Made by a program: the position numbers and the translations under genes. This document shows positions 36,448 through 45,342 of a stretch of DNA of 64,000 nt, one piece after another. The DNA is from an uncultured Alphaproteobacteria bacterium (GTDB taxonomy: Bacteria; Pseudomonadota; Alphaproteobacteria; DATDPM01). The stretch is taken from the NCBI GenBank assembly GCA_963841995.1, contig CAWJEX010000011.1, positions 67,105-131,104 on the forward strand, given 5' to 3'. Position 1 is the first letter of the stretch. Each line of letters starts with the position of its first letter. A model generated the notes under the pieces. It had not been told where the DNA came from. It did not search any database and saw nothing but the letters and a program-made list of their open reading frames with translations.

Positions 36448-36638
36448 CGGGTTTCGGCGGGCATGGTCGATGCCGCCGGGGAGAAGAAAATCCCGCTCGC
36501 ATCGCGCGGGGCAGGATTTGCAAAAAACGCGAAATAGAGCACCGCCAGGAATGCCGCCTTGAACACCAGAACCGCGACGATTTCTCTGGTCAGCTTATGT
36601 GCCAGCTTATGCCGAAGCGACGAGATGTGGCCGGTCAC
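36444..36638 (-). CDS. cydP: Putative small membrane subunit CydP (start uncertain; GTG 36638 chosen)
   Basis: LTREIVAVLVFKAAFLAVLYFAFF single TM helix; stop overlaps the cydA GTG. Confidence 0.7.
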   Translation of the reverse strand: MTGHISSLRHKLAHKLTREIVAVLVFKAAFLAVLYFAFFANPAPRDASGIFFSPAASTMPAETR

Positions 36639-36754
36639 GATTGCCTGGACCTGATCGAAAGCCAATTTCGGGTGAAAGGGGCGTAACGGATCGACATTAA
36701 CGGAGGCCGGGCCTCGCCTCAAGGACCGCAGCGGCGGCAAATTATCCCCTGCGG

Positions 36755-37549
36755 TCAGGGCTTAGACGGCATTGTCGCTTGCAGGGGCGTGAACCAATCC
36801 AGCGCGGCGCTGAGCTTCACGACCTCGCCCACCACGACTATCGCCGGGGGCTCGATCCCTTCCAATTCGGCGACACAGGCCGAAAGCGAGGAAATCAGCA
36901 CTTTCTGGGCGGCGGTAGTGGCTTTGGAGATGATGGCGACCGGTTCATCGCCGCGCCTGCCGGCGGCCATCAGCTTTTCGACGATTTGCGGCAAATGGGT
37001 CAGCGCCATATAAAAGACGATGACCGGGACTCCCTTGGCCAGGGCCGTCCAATCGAGGGTATCGGGAAGATCGCCGCCGGCAGTGTGCCCGGTCACGAAA
37101 GCGACGGCGGCGTTGGCTTCGCGGTGGGTCACCGGAATGCCGGCATAAGCAAGGCCGCCAATGCCGGCGGTAATGCCCGGTATAAGCCTGAACGGGACGC
37201 CGGCTGCGACCAGGGCCAGCGCCTCTTCCCCGCCCCGTCCGAAGACGAAAGGATCGCCGCCTTTAAGGCGCAGCACCCGGTTATCGGCCTTGGCGAGCTC
37301 AACCAGCCGCCGCGAAATATCGGGCTGGGTCGACGAAGGCCTTCCCCCGCGCTTCCCGGCGAATTCGAGCCGGGCCTTCTTGCCGGCAAGATCGAGGATC
37401 CGAGTATCCACCAGCGCGTCATAGACGACGACATCGGCCGAGCGCAGGGCGTGCAGCGCATAAAGGGTCAACAGGCCGGGATCGCCCGGCCCGGCCCCCA
37501 CCAGCCATACCGAACCCGGTTCAAAAGCGGGAAGGTCGATTTCGTCCAT
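36755..37549 (-). CDS. cobA: Uroporphyrinogen-III C-methyltransferase (SUMT)
   Basis: VWLVGAGPGDPGLLT, YDALV, RLKGGDPFVFGRGGEE; real start MDEIDLP at 37549. Confidence 0.95.
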   Translation of the reverse strand: MDEIDLPAFEPGSVWLVGAGPGDPGLLTLYALHALRSADVVVYDALVDTRILDLAGKKARLEFAGKRGGRPSSTQPDISRRLVELAKADNRVLRLKGGDPFVFGRGGEEALALVAAGVPFRLIPGITAGIGGLAYAGIPVTHREANAAVAFVTGHTAGGDLPDTLDWTALAKGVPVIVFYMALTHLPQIVEKLMAAGRRGDEPVAIISKATTAAQKVLISSLSACVAELEGIEPPAIVVVGEVVKLSAALDWFTPLQATMPSKP

Positions 37550-37594
37550 CTCCCTTTCATAGCGGACGGCGCGCGCTTGTAGAATAATCATGCG

Positions 37595-38680
37595 ATGGCG
37601 CGAAAACCGGGGCTGCGGAAGGGTTTTACCACGGGGGCATGTGCAACGGCCGCGGCGAGGGCTGCGATCGAGGCGCTGCTGACCGGCCGATTCCCCGATC
37701 CGGTGACAATTACCTTGCCCAAGGGCGAAACCCCCTCCTTTCCCCTGGCTTCCACCGGGTTGGCGGAAAACTGGGCGAAGGCCGGAGTCGTCAAGGACGC
37801 CGGTGACGATCCGGACGTCACCCATGGCGCGCTCATCCTGGCCGCGATCGCACCGGGCTTGCGAGGCGGCGGAATCAAATTCCGCGCCGGCGAAGGTGTG
37901 GGAACCGTAACGAGACCCGGCTTGGCGCTCGCCGTCGGCGACGCGGCCATCAATCCGGTGCCGCGGCGCATGATTGCGGAAACGATGGTAGAAGCACTGG
38001 CGGCTCATGGCGCACCCGGAATCGCCGCCGATTTCGAGGTGACGATCAGCATTCCAAACGGGGCCGAGCTCGCCGAACGCACCCTCAATGCTCGGCTCGG
38101 GATCATGGGCGGGCTTTCCATTTTGGGCACGACCGGAATTGTCATTCCCTATTCCTGCTCGTCCTGGATTCATTCGATCCATCGCGGCATCGACGTGGCG
38201 CGGGCTGCGGGCATCGGCCACGTGGCCGCATCGACCGGGCGCACGTCGGAACGCACGGTGCAGAAACTCTATGACCTTCCCGACGTGGCGCTCATCGATA
38301 TGGGCGATTTCGTCGGCGGCACGCTCAAATATTTGCGCGCCCATTCCATACCGCGGGTGACGCTGGCTGGCGGATTTGCCAAAATGGCGAAGCTCGCCGC
38401 CGGCCATCTCGATCTTCATTCCAGCCGGTCGAAAATCGACGGCGAAACGCTCGCGCGCATGCTCGAAGATCTGGGGGCCGATGATTTGGCGGCGTCGGCG
38501 CGCACGGCGGCATCGGGCGGCGAAGTCCTGGCTCTCGCGCAAGCAAAGGAAGTTCCTCTTCCCGATCTTGTGGCAAGGCGCGCCCGCGAAGTCGCGATGG
38601 CAACGGTTGGCGGCGCCGTCGCCGTTGACGTCGTTGTCGTCGATCGCGAGGGCCACACGATCGGCAGGGCCGGTCCATGA
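37595..38680 (+). CDS. cbiD: Cobalt-precorrin-5B C1-methyltransferase
   Basis: LRKGFTTGACATAA, KDAGDDPDVTHG, GEGVG, GGLSILGTTG. Confidence 0.96.
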   Translation: MARKPGLRKGFTTGACATAAARAAIEALLTGRFPDPVTITLPKGETPSFPLASTGLAENWAKAGVVKDAGDDPDVTHGALILAAIAPGLRGGGIKFRAGEGVGTVTRPGLALAVGDAAINPVPRRMIAETMVEALAAHGAPGIAADFEVTISIPNGAELAERTLNARLGIMGGLSILGTTGIVIPYSCSSWIHSIHRGIDVARAAGIGHVAASTGRTSERTVQKLYDLPDVALIDMGDFVGGTLKYLRAHSIPRVTLAGGFAKMAKLAAGHLDLHSSRSKIDGETLARMLEDLGADDLAASARTAASGGEVLALAQAKEVPLPDLVARRAREVAMATVGGAVAVDVVVVDREGHTIGRAGP

Positions 38681-39495
38681 CGGTCTTGCCTGCAGCGATA
38701 GCGGTTGCGCCGCGCCGACTTTTGATTCTCGGCGGAACCGGCGAGGCGGCGGATTTGGCCGATGCCATTCAATCACGATTCGGCGCGCGCATACGCATTG
38801 TGACGTCGCTGGCTGGTCGCACCGAACATCCGCGGGCGGTTTCCGGCGAGCGTCGGATCGGTGGCTTCGGCGGTTCGCAGGAGCTGTCGCGTTATTTGCG
38901 CGAAGACGGATTCGATTTCGTGATCGACGCCACTCATCCCTTCGCGGCGAAAATATCGGCCTCGGCGCGCGAAGCGTGCGATGCGGCGCGTGTCCCGCGG
39001 CTGGTTTTGACCCGGCCGGCGTGGCAACGGGATCCAAAGGATCGATGGTTTGAGGTCGAGGATGCGCAATCCGCCGCAAAACTCATTCCCGATTTGGGAA
39101 AGCGCGTATTCGTGACCGTCGGACGGCGAGAGCTTGCGCCGTTCGCGGGATTGACGGGTTGCCGGTTTCTGATTCGTCTTGTTGAACGGCCGAAAGATCC
39201 TATCCCGCTTCCCCATAACCGCTACGAACTGATCGTTGCGCGGGGCCCGTTCGCAGTCGGTGACGAACGGGCGCTGATGGAGCGGTACCGCATCGACGTT
39301 CTGGTAGCGAAGGCCAGCGGCGGCAGCGCCACTGAAGCGAAACTTTTGGCGGCGCGGGAGCTCGGCCTGCCGGTAATCCTGTTGAGCCGACCCGCGCCGG
39401 AACCCGGGGAAATGGCGGAAAACATCGGGCAAGCCCTGGATTGGTTGACTCGGATGCTGGAACGGCTTGACGAAACCCCGCCCGCGCGGACCTAA
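38677..39495 (+). CDS. cobK: Precorrin-6A reductase
   Basis: LILGGTGEA, SLAGRT, GGFGG, IDATHPFA. Confidence 0.94.
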   Translation: MTVLPAAIAVAPRRLLILGGTGEAADLADAIQSRFGARIRIVTSLAGRTEHPRAVSGERRIGGFGGSQELSRYLREDGFDFVIDATHPFAAKISASAREACDAARVPRLVLTRPAWQRDPKDRWFEVEDAQSAAKLIPDLGKRVFVTVGRRELAPFAGLTGCRFLIRLVERPKDPIPLPHNRYELIVARGPFAVGDERALMERYRIDVLVAKASGGSATEAKLLAARELGLPVILLSRPAPEPGEMAENIGQALDWLTRMLERLDETPPART

Positions 39496-39502
39496 TGTCG
39501 TC

Positions 39503-39739
39503 ATGCGAAAACTCGATCGATTGGCCCGGCTCATTGCCGCCGGGATTTTGGTGTTCCTAGGCCTGGCACAAGCGGCGCTGGCGACACCCATCCAAAGCGA
39601 CATTGCACCTATCCTCTCCTTCTTCGGCGCCGTGCGCGAAGGCGATGTCGACGGCGTGCGGAAGGAATTGTCCAAAGGCGCCAATCCCAATGCGGTCGAT
39701 GCTAAAGTTGAGGCGCCACCCCAGGCATCGTTGCCATGA
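39503..39739 (+). pseudogene. Truncated exported ankyrin-repeat protein
   Basis: Signal peptide then AVREGDVDGVRKELSKGANPNAVD; the next repeat (G.TPL) is missing and the frame closes on unrelated sequence. Confidence 0.65.
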
Positions 39740-39757
39740 ACTTCTCAACCGCGACTT

Positions 39758-41008
39758 TCAGAAGTTTATTTTGGCGCGGGAAACGACGGCGACGGCGCCC
39801 TGGCCCCTCTGGCCGCCGGCGTTCATCTGATAGGCCGCGTTGGCTTGCAGCGCGAGGCTGCCGCCGAGGAAGCTGGTCACATAGCCCAGTTCGATGTCGG
39901 ATTCGGGCGCGTCACCCAGCAGCGAATTGTTGCCATTGAGGAGGAGATTGCCGTTGCTGTCGGCAAGAAAGCCCGATGTGGTGCCGGAAAACTGCAGCGG
40001 TCGCGACAGCGAAAGCCCCAGCGTATCGTTGCCGAATAATCCTTCCTTCGCCACCGTGATGCCGTAAGCGGTGCTGCTGATGGTGCTGGCGCTTGGCGCA
40101 AAGCCGCTCGAGCGCAGATTAAGCTGCGTCAGGCCCTGATTGTAGGACACCGTTGTCACCCAGCCTGCGCCAAAGCCCACGCGCGCCGAAATGCCGAGCG
40201 CTGCGGTTTCCGCCGCGTTGACCACGGCGATGGGAGCCGAGGTCACATCGCCCAGCAGCGAGTTGCTTTCGCTGCTATGCGAAGCCGTGACATCGAGACC
40301 GCCCCAATCGGCGAAGTTCCAGTCGATGGCTGCGGCCGTCGTGCTGGCGCTGCGCCCGTCCGCGGCTAACCGCAAGGCAAGATCGGGCGGCAATGCGCTT
40401 AACCCCGCGCCGGCGAGCAGGCTTTGACGGCCTGCGGCTTCGAGCCCAAGTGTGGCGTGGCCGATGCGCAATTGCAGATTGTCCGCGAGATGCGCGGTGA
40501 TGCCTGCGTAGACGCCGCCATCGGTCAACGACAGATAAGGCGAACGCGCGCCCGGAGAGGAAAGGAAGAGGCTGTCTTCCGGGTTGGCACCGCCGCCAAA
40601 TGCGCCCATGGCGGCAAGATCTCGCCCTTGCGCGAAATTGACTTCGATGCCCGGCGCCAAAGCCGCGGACAGCATAATGTCGCGCAGTGACCATGCGGCT
40701 TGTGCTGAAAGATCCGAGGCGATGGATGTCGTGAGCGAAAGATTATCCGACAACAGCCCGGACGCGGTGACGCCATTGCCTACCAGGCGGAAAGGGATTG
40801 TTGTCGCTGGCGGCTCGAGCAAAATGGTGGCGAGATTGCCGGCGGGGAAATTCGGATCGGAAACGCCTGCGGGTGTGGTGAGCGCGTTGCCGGGCACAAG
40901 CGTCAGCACCGCGTCGTCGTTCGACGGCACGGCATCCGTTGCGCTCCACGCTGAACTTGCCCACAGGCCCGCTAGCGTGGCCGCGACAGTCAGAACTCGA
41001 CCGCGCAT
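39758..41008 (-). CDS. Exported hypothetical protein, probably an outer-membrane beta-barrel
   Basis: Signal peptide (SAWS/A), alternating hydrophobic beta-strand pattern, C-terminal Phe (AKINF). Confidence 0.65.
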   Translation of the reverse strand: MRGRVLTVAATLAGLWASSAWSATDAVPSNDDAVLTLVPGNALTTPAGVSDPNFPAGNLATILLEPPATTIPFRLVGNGVTASGLLSDNLSLTTSIASDLSAQAAWSLRDIMLSAALAPGIEVNFAQGRDLAAMGAFGGGANPEDSLFLSSPGARSPYLSLTDGGVYAGITAHLADNLQLRIGHATLGLEAAGRQSLLAGAGLSALPPDLALRLAADGRSASTTAAAIDWNFADWGGLDVTASHSSESNSLLGDVTSAPIAVVNAAETAALGISARVGFGAGWVTTVSYNQGLTQLNLRSSGFAPSASTISSTAYGITVAKEGLFGNDTLGLSLSRPLQFSGTTSGFLADSNGNLLLNGNNSLLGDAPESDIELGYVTSFLGGSLALQANAAYQMNAGGQRGQGAVAVVSRAKINF

Positions 41009-41193
41009 AACCCCGCACTCTCCTCTGGGAGCCAGACTCCCATGCGGTATTGTACCAAACGCCTGACTCCACGAAAATGAAGCTTCTGAAATTATTGAGG
41101 CAGAACTTGGTCTTATCTGTTACCGCAGAGCAACATGAGCGTGGATGTCTGTTTTTGGCAAATAATACAGCAAATGCCTGTGGTTAGCGGCCA

Positions 41194-41967
41194 CTAAAAC
41201 GACCAGCCGCCATAGGCCTCGCCGAAATAAAGCACCGACAAAGCCGTGCCGACTACAATGACGATGCCGCGCAACCATTTTGGCGGAATGAGCCGCACCG
41301 CCCGCGCGCCGGTGAAGCCACCAAGGATCGCGCCCACCATCACCGAGAGCGCGGCGAGCCAGCGCACGGCGTCCACTACGATAAACATCGCCGCCGCGAC
41401 GCCGTTGATGGCGACGGCCAGCAGATTTTTCTGCGCGTTAGCGCTTTGCGTATCGCTGTAACCGGCAAGCGCCAGGCCAGCCATCAAAAGCACGCCCATG
41501 CCTGCGCCAAAATAGCCGCCATAAACCGCGAAGACGAATTCAAGCACGTAAGGCAGAACAACATAGGCGCGATGGCCTTCGACATAATGCGAGACCTGCT
41601 TGACGATGGGGCCGCTGAAAGTAAACAACAATGTGGCGACGGCCAGCAGCCACGGCACGAGGCTGAAAAAAAGTGCATTTGTGGAGGAAAGCAATAAACC
41701 GGCGCCGACGGCGCCGCCAAACGCCGCCACGCCAAGACGCAGGCCAAGGTCTGTGCGAACTTTTTTCAGTTCCGGAAGATAGATCGCCGACGCCGTGACC
41801 GAGCCTGGCCACAAAGCAACCGTGCTGGTTGCATTGGCGAGCACGGGCGGCAGGCCAATGCTCAGCAATACTGGAAACGAGAAAAACGTGCCGCCGCCCA
41901 CCACGGCATTGGACGCGCCGGCGAGAAAACCGGCGCCCGCGAGCAGGGCGATTTGCGTGAGCGTCAT
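41194..41967 (-). CDS. TauE/SafE sulfite-exporter-family membrane protein
   Basis: NAVVGGGTF, ANATSTVALWPG, YGGYFGAGMG. Confidence 0.92.
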   Translation of the reverse strand: MTLTQIALLAGAGFLAGASNAVVGGGTFFSFPVLLSIGLPPVLANATSTVALWPGSVTASAIYLPELKKVRTDLGLRLGVAAFGGAVGAGLLLSSTNALFFSLVPWLLAVATLLFTFSGPIVKQVSHYVEGHRAYVVLPYVLEFVFAVYGGYFGAGMGVLLMAGLALAGYSDTQSANAQKNLLAVAINGVAAAMFIVVDAVRWLAALSVMVGAILGGFTGARAVRLIPPKWLRGIVIVVGTALSVLYFGEAYGGWSF

Positions 41968-41991
41968 GCAGAACCGGAAAACTGGCGCAAA

Positions 41992-42570
41992 TTACATCTT
42001 ATGCGATTCTCCCGCCCGCAATCTCGCCGTCCATTCGGCGAGGCTGACGAGAAGCTGTTGGATTAATTTCTTCGTCATCTCATCGGTGAGGCGGCCTTCC
42101 TTATCGAACTTCTCCTGTGCGCGGGCGATCATCACTTCAGGCCGGTTGAGCGGAAAGGCGTTCAAGAACACGCAAATTTGGCGCAAATGATATTGCGCCC
42201 GCGCGGTGCCGATATTGCCCTGGCTTGCTCCCATGATGGCGACGGGCTTGCCGTTGAAGGGCTGGCTGGGCACGCGCGACATCCAATCGATGGCGTTCTT
42301 CAGCACGCCGGGAACGGAATAATTGTATTCGGGCGAGACAAAGAGCACGGCATCGGCAGCAGAGATCTTTGCGCCCAGCACCTGCACCGGCGCCGGAAAG
42401 CCCTGATCTTCGACGTCCTTATTGTAAGGCGGGATCGAACCGATCTCAGCCGTGTCGATGGTCATGCCGGCGGGCACGAACTCGATCGCCGCGCGCAGCG
42501 CCAAGCGGTTGTACGAGCCCTTGCGCAGACTGCCGCATAGGCCGAGCACGTCGAGCCTGGAGTCGGCCAT
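41992..42570 (-). CDS. NAD(P)H-dependent FMN reductase (ChrR/YieF-like)
   Basis: GSLRKGSYN, PEYNYSVPGVLKNAIDW, GTARAQYHLRQ. Confidence 0.93.
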   Translation of the reverse strand: MADSRLDVLGLCGSLRKGSYNRLALRAAIEFVPAGMTIDTAEIGSIPPYNKDVEDQGFPAPVQVLGAKISAADAVLFVSPEYNYSVPGVLKNAIDWMSRVPSQPFNGKPVAIMGASQGNIGTARAQYHLRQICVFLNAFPLNRPEVMIARAQEKFDKEGRLTDEMTKKLIQQLLVSLAEWTARLRAGESHKM

Positions 42571-42616
42571 GGCAATCTCCTCCGTTTCGAGAGACCGGAT
42601 GTTAAGATGCGATGAG

Positions 42617-42655
42617 AAAATATAAAACGCCCGGGCCAGTGGTCGGCCCGGGCGT
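42617..42655 (-). terminator. Intrinsic terminator of the PRC-barrel gene
   Basis: 11-bp stem acgcccgggcc/ggcccgggcgt followed on the minus strand by TTTATATTTT. Confidence 0.75.
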
Positions 42656-42678
42656 AGCTGACTGCCTGACAGCGATGC

Positions 42679-43185
42679 TTAGGTTCCTTTGGCTTGCGGC
42701 AGGGCCTTGATCTGGTTCTTGGTCATGGTCGTGACCAGAATGTTGCGGTCTTGCTGGAACTTCAGCTTGTTCGCCCTGATGGCGACGACCTTGCTGCCGG
42801 TGCCGAGGAAGCTGCCGACATCGACCTTGACCGCCGTCGGCTTTCCGTTGGAACCCAGCACAACGTCATGGACCGGGCCGATGGAATTGCCCTGATCGTC
42901 CTGCACGCTCGCGCTGGCCAGCGTCTCCTTGGGGTTCTGGACCTCCGTCAGTGCAATACTGGCCGCGCTGGTTGTGCTGGCGTTCGCGCCCGTGCTTTGG
43001 GTCTGAGTGCCCTGGCTCATCGGATCCTGGCTGGAGGTCGTCTGGCTATTGGTATCGCTTGAGCTTGGCGCGGCGGCTTGCGTTGAGCTCCTATCGGCCG
43101 CTGCTACCCCGCTTGCATTCGCAGTAATAGCGAACGCGGCGAGCGCAACAATGGCTGCGCCACCTAGTAAGGTTTTGAGTGTCAT
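42679..43185 (-). CDS. Exported PRC-barrel domain protein
   Basis: Signal peptide, S/T/Q-rich linker, VQDDQGNSIG.VHDVV..VDVGSFLGTG.KVVAI. Confidence 0.88.
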   Translation of the reverse strand: MTLKTLLGGAAIVALAAFAITANASGVAAADRSSTQAAAPSSSDTNSQTTSSQDPMSQGTQTQSTGANASTTSAASIALTEVQNPKETLASASVQDDQGNSIGPVHDVVLGSNGKPTAVKVDVGSFLGTGSKVVAIRANKLKFQQDRNILVTTMTKNQIKALPQAKGT

Positions 43186-43245
43186 CGAGCATTCTCCTTC
43201 TTACGTTGTGCCCCGACCCGGAGGAAATCATCCTCGCGTGCTCAC

Positions 43246-43270
43246 AACGTCTGCGCGTATTTACCGTTCC
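43246..43270 (-). promoter_or_regulatory. EcfG/SigT general-stress-response promoter for the PRC-barrel gene
   Basis: Minus strand GGAAC-N16-CGTT, 60 nt upstream of the ATG. Confidence 0.75.
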
Positions 43271-43329
43271 CGATGTGGACGGTGGTCTTCAGAGAATTCA
43301 AGATGTTGGTGGGATAAATGCGGAAATGC

Positions 43330-43355
43330 GGAACATTTAGCGTCACTTGCGCGTT
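43330..43355 (+). promoter_or_regulatory. Second EcfG-type promoter, plus strand, antisense to DUF2891
   Basis: GGAAC (43330-43334)-N17-CGTT (43352-43355). Confidence 0.55.
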
Positions 43356-44378
43356 TTAAACATCAGGCCATGGATCGAGCGCGAGCGCGGCGAAACTCGC
43401 GAGCCAGTGCTCGCCCATGTAATCGCCGCTGACATGATCGATGGCGCTGGCGATATGGCGTTCGATTGTTTCCTCGACACGAGAAGTGAGCGCGGCATCG
43501 CCGCCCAGGCAGGGCAAAATCAGCCGCCAGCACCAGGCGCGCGACAGATTGAGGCCGTCGAGATGGGCGATCTTGCCGTCGCTCCTGTCGCTGACCGTGG
43601 CGGGACGGAACAATGTCGCCGGTGTGCCTGACGCGGCTTGCGGCAGAAAGCGGGCGAACCAGTCGCGGTACTTCGAAGCGGGCAAAGTCGCTCTCATGCA
43701 TGCCGCTTCGATCAGTGCGGGCGAAAGAAAATCGTCCTGGCTTGGTTCCCACGCCTGACAATCAGCGTCGTTGCCATACCAATTTTTAGCCTTCTCTGTG
43801 CAAAGCACAGTCAAGCGCATGTCGCCTGCGGTCTTCGCATAATCCTGCGCCAGCAGCAGCGCGAAAGCCGTGTTGAAATGCGCGCCCGTGCGCACGGGAT
43901 ATGTCGCCAGCGGCAAGAAATTCAGGAAACGATCCGCGAAGGTTATGGCCAGCGGCTTGAGCGCTTTCGCCCAGCGCATCCCCTCGGCTTCCTTGTGACG
44001 CGCGAGTTCCCCCGCCAGCATCAACGCCCAGGCCCAGCCATAGGGCCGCTCGAACCCGCGCGCCTGCGGCAACGCCAGATAATCGAGTTCGCCCGCGATT
44101 TTCTCGGCGATGAACTGGCCATCGAACAGCGCACGGATTTCGCGCGCCTCGGGCAGGTCAGGAAACCGGCGATAGACCCGCGCCAGCAGCCAATAGCCGT
44201 GCACGCAGGAATGCCAGTCGAAGCTGCCGTAGAAAATCGGATGCAGAGTGCGCGGCCCCCGCACGTCTTCCGGCGCCAGCATCACGTGATCTAGCTTGTT
44301 CGGCCATTCCCGTGTGACATGGCCGAGCGCCACGCGCGCAAACCGCGATGCCAATTCGGGCGTGAGCGCGCGCGTCAT
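43356..44378 (-). CDS. DUF2891 family protein
   Basis: HPIFYGSFDWHSCVHGYW, FERPYGWAW, HLDGLNLSRAW, YMGEHWLASF. Confidence 0.9.
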   Translation of the reverse strand: MTRALTPELASRFARVALGHVTREWPNKLDHVMLAPEDVRGPRTLHPIFYGSFDWHSCVHGYWLLARVYRRFPDLPEAREIRALFDGQFIAEKIAGELDYLALPQARGFERPYGWAWALMLAGELARHKEAEGMRWAKALKPLAITFADRFLNFLPLATYPVRTGAHFNTAFALLLAQDYAKTAGDMRLTVLCTEKAKNWYGNDADCQAWEPSQDDFLSPALIEAACMRATLPASKYRDWFARFLPQAASGTPATLFRPATVSDRSDGKIAHLDGLNLSRAWCWRLILPCLGGDAALTSRVEETIERHIASAIDHVSGDYMGEHWLASFAALALDPWPDV

Positions 44379-44385
44379 GGCGTCC

Positions 44386-45342
44386 TCAAAAACGGAACAC
44401 CGTCAAATACATCAGAACCGTGTTGGCAAGCAAAAGCGGAATGGCGGTGGGGATTTGCACCTTGATCACAGCGTTGGCGTCAGGGAGTTCCAGCAGCGCC
44501 ACTGGCACGATGTTAAAATTGGCCGCCATTGGCGTTGTCAACGTGCCGCAAAAACCCGACAGCATGCCCACCGCCGCCATGATGGTGGGACTGCCGCCGA
44601 ATTTGTGCACGATGATGGGAAGGCCAATGGCCGCCGTCATCACCGGGAAGGCGGCGAAGGCGTTGCCCATCACGGCTGTGAACAGCGCCATGCCGAGGCA
44701 GTAAAAAGCGACGGCAGCGAACGGCGAGCCCAGCGGAAGATAATTGGTGGCGAGATCACCGACTGCGCGGCCGACGCCCGCCAGCGCGAACACGGCGCCC
44801 AATGACGCCAGCATCTGCGGCAGCACGGCGGCCCAGCCGATGGTGTCCATCAGGCGGCGGCCTTCCTGCAGCGCCCCCAGTGCCGGCGGGCGCAGCCACA
44901 ACGTGGCGACGATAAGCGCAAGCGCGATACCAAAAACGAGCGAGATGAGCGTGACCTGTTTTGCATCGAGCAAGGCCACGCCGCCGATGGTTACATCTTT
45001 CAAGAACAACGTGCCCAAAAGCGCAACGGCCGGAATGACAAGCGCCGGCACGAATAGAAAATTGCCACGGGCCTCTGCGCTGGCGCGGCGCTCGGCAGTC
45101 GTTGTCGTAGCTGGCTTGCCGATGCCCATTCCCTTGAGCCCGCCCAATAGCACCAGCGCCAGCACCAACACGCCATTGGCGAAATCGCCGATGTAGGAAC
45201 CAAAAAGAAAACTCGCGGCCAGCAGGCCCCAAAATGCAGCGTTGCCGAGGCGTTTCGCGTTCGATTTGTCGCTCGCGCTCAGAATGGCAAAGGCCGCGAA
45301 CACCAGCCCGGCGAAAATGTAGACATGTTCGAGCGTAATCAT
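44386..45342 (-). CDS. DUF979 membrane protein (putative 5-oxoproline transporter subunit)
   Basis: LPQMLASLG, MGNAFAAFPV, GTLTTPMAANFNIVP. Confidence 0.9.
   Translation of the reverse strand: MITLEHVYIFAGLVFAAFAILSASDKSNAKRLGNAAFWGLLAASFLFGSYIGDFANGVLVLALVLLGGLKGMGIGKPATTTTAERRASAEARGNFLFVPALVIPAVALLGTLFLKDVTIGGVALLDAKQVTLISLVFGIALALIVATLWLRPPALGALQEGRRLMDTIGWAAVLPQMLASLGAVFALAGVGRAVGDLATNYLPLGSPFAAVAFYCLGMALFTAVMGNAFAAFPVMTAAIGLPIIVHKFGGSPTIMAAVGMLSGFCGTLTTPMAANFNIVPVALLELPDANAVIKVQIPTAIPLLLANTVLMYLTVFRF

Noticed and set aside
37550-37594. Cobalamin riboswitch ahead of cobA/cbiD
   Set aside because: The divergent spacer is only 45 bp, too short, and no B12-box is visible
37550-39079. Apparent 774-aa CobA fusion
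   Set aside because: The upstream part is the antisense of cbiD/cobK; real CobA starts at 37549
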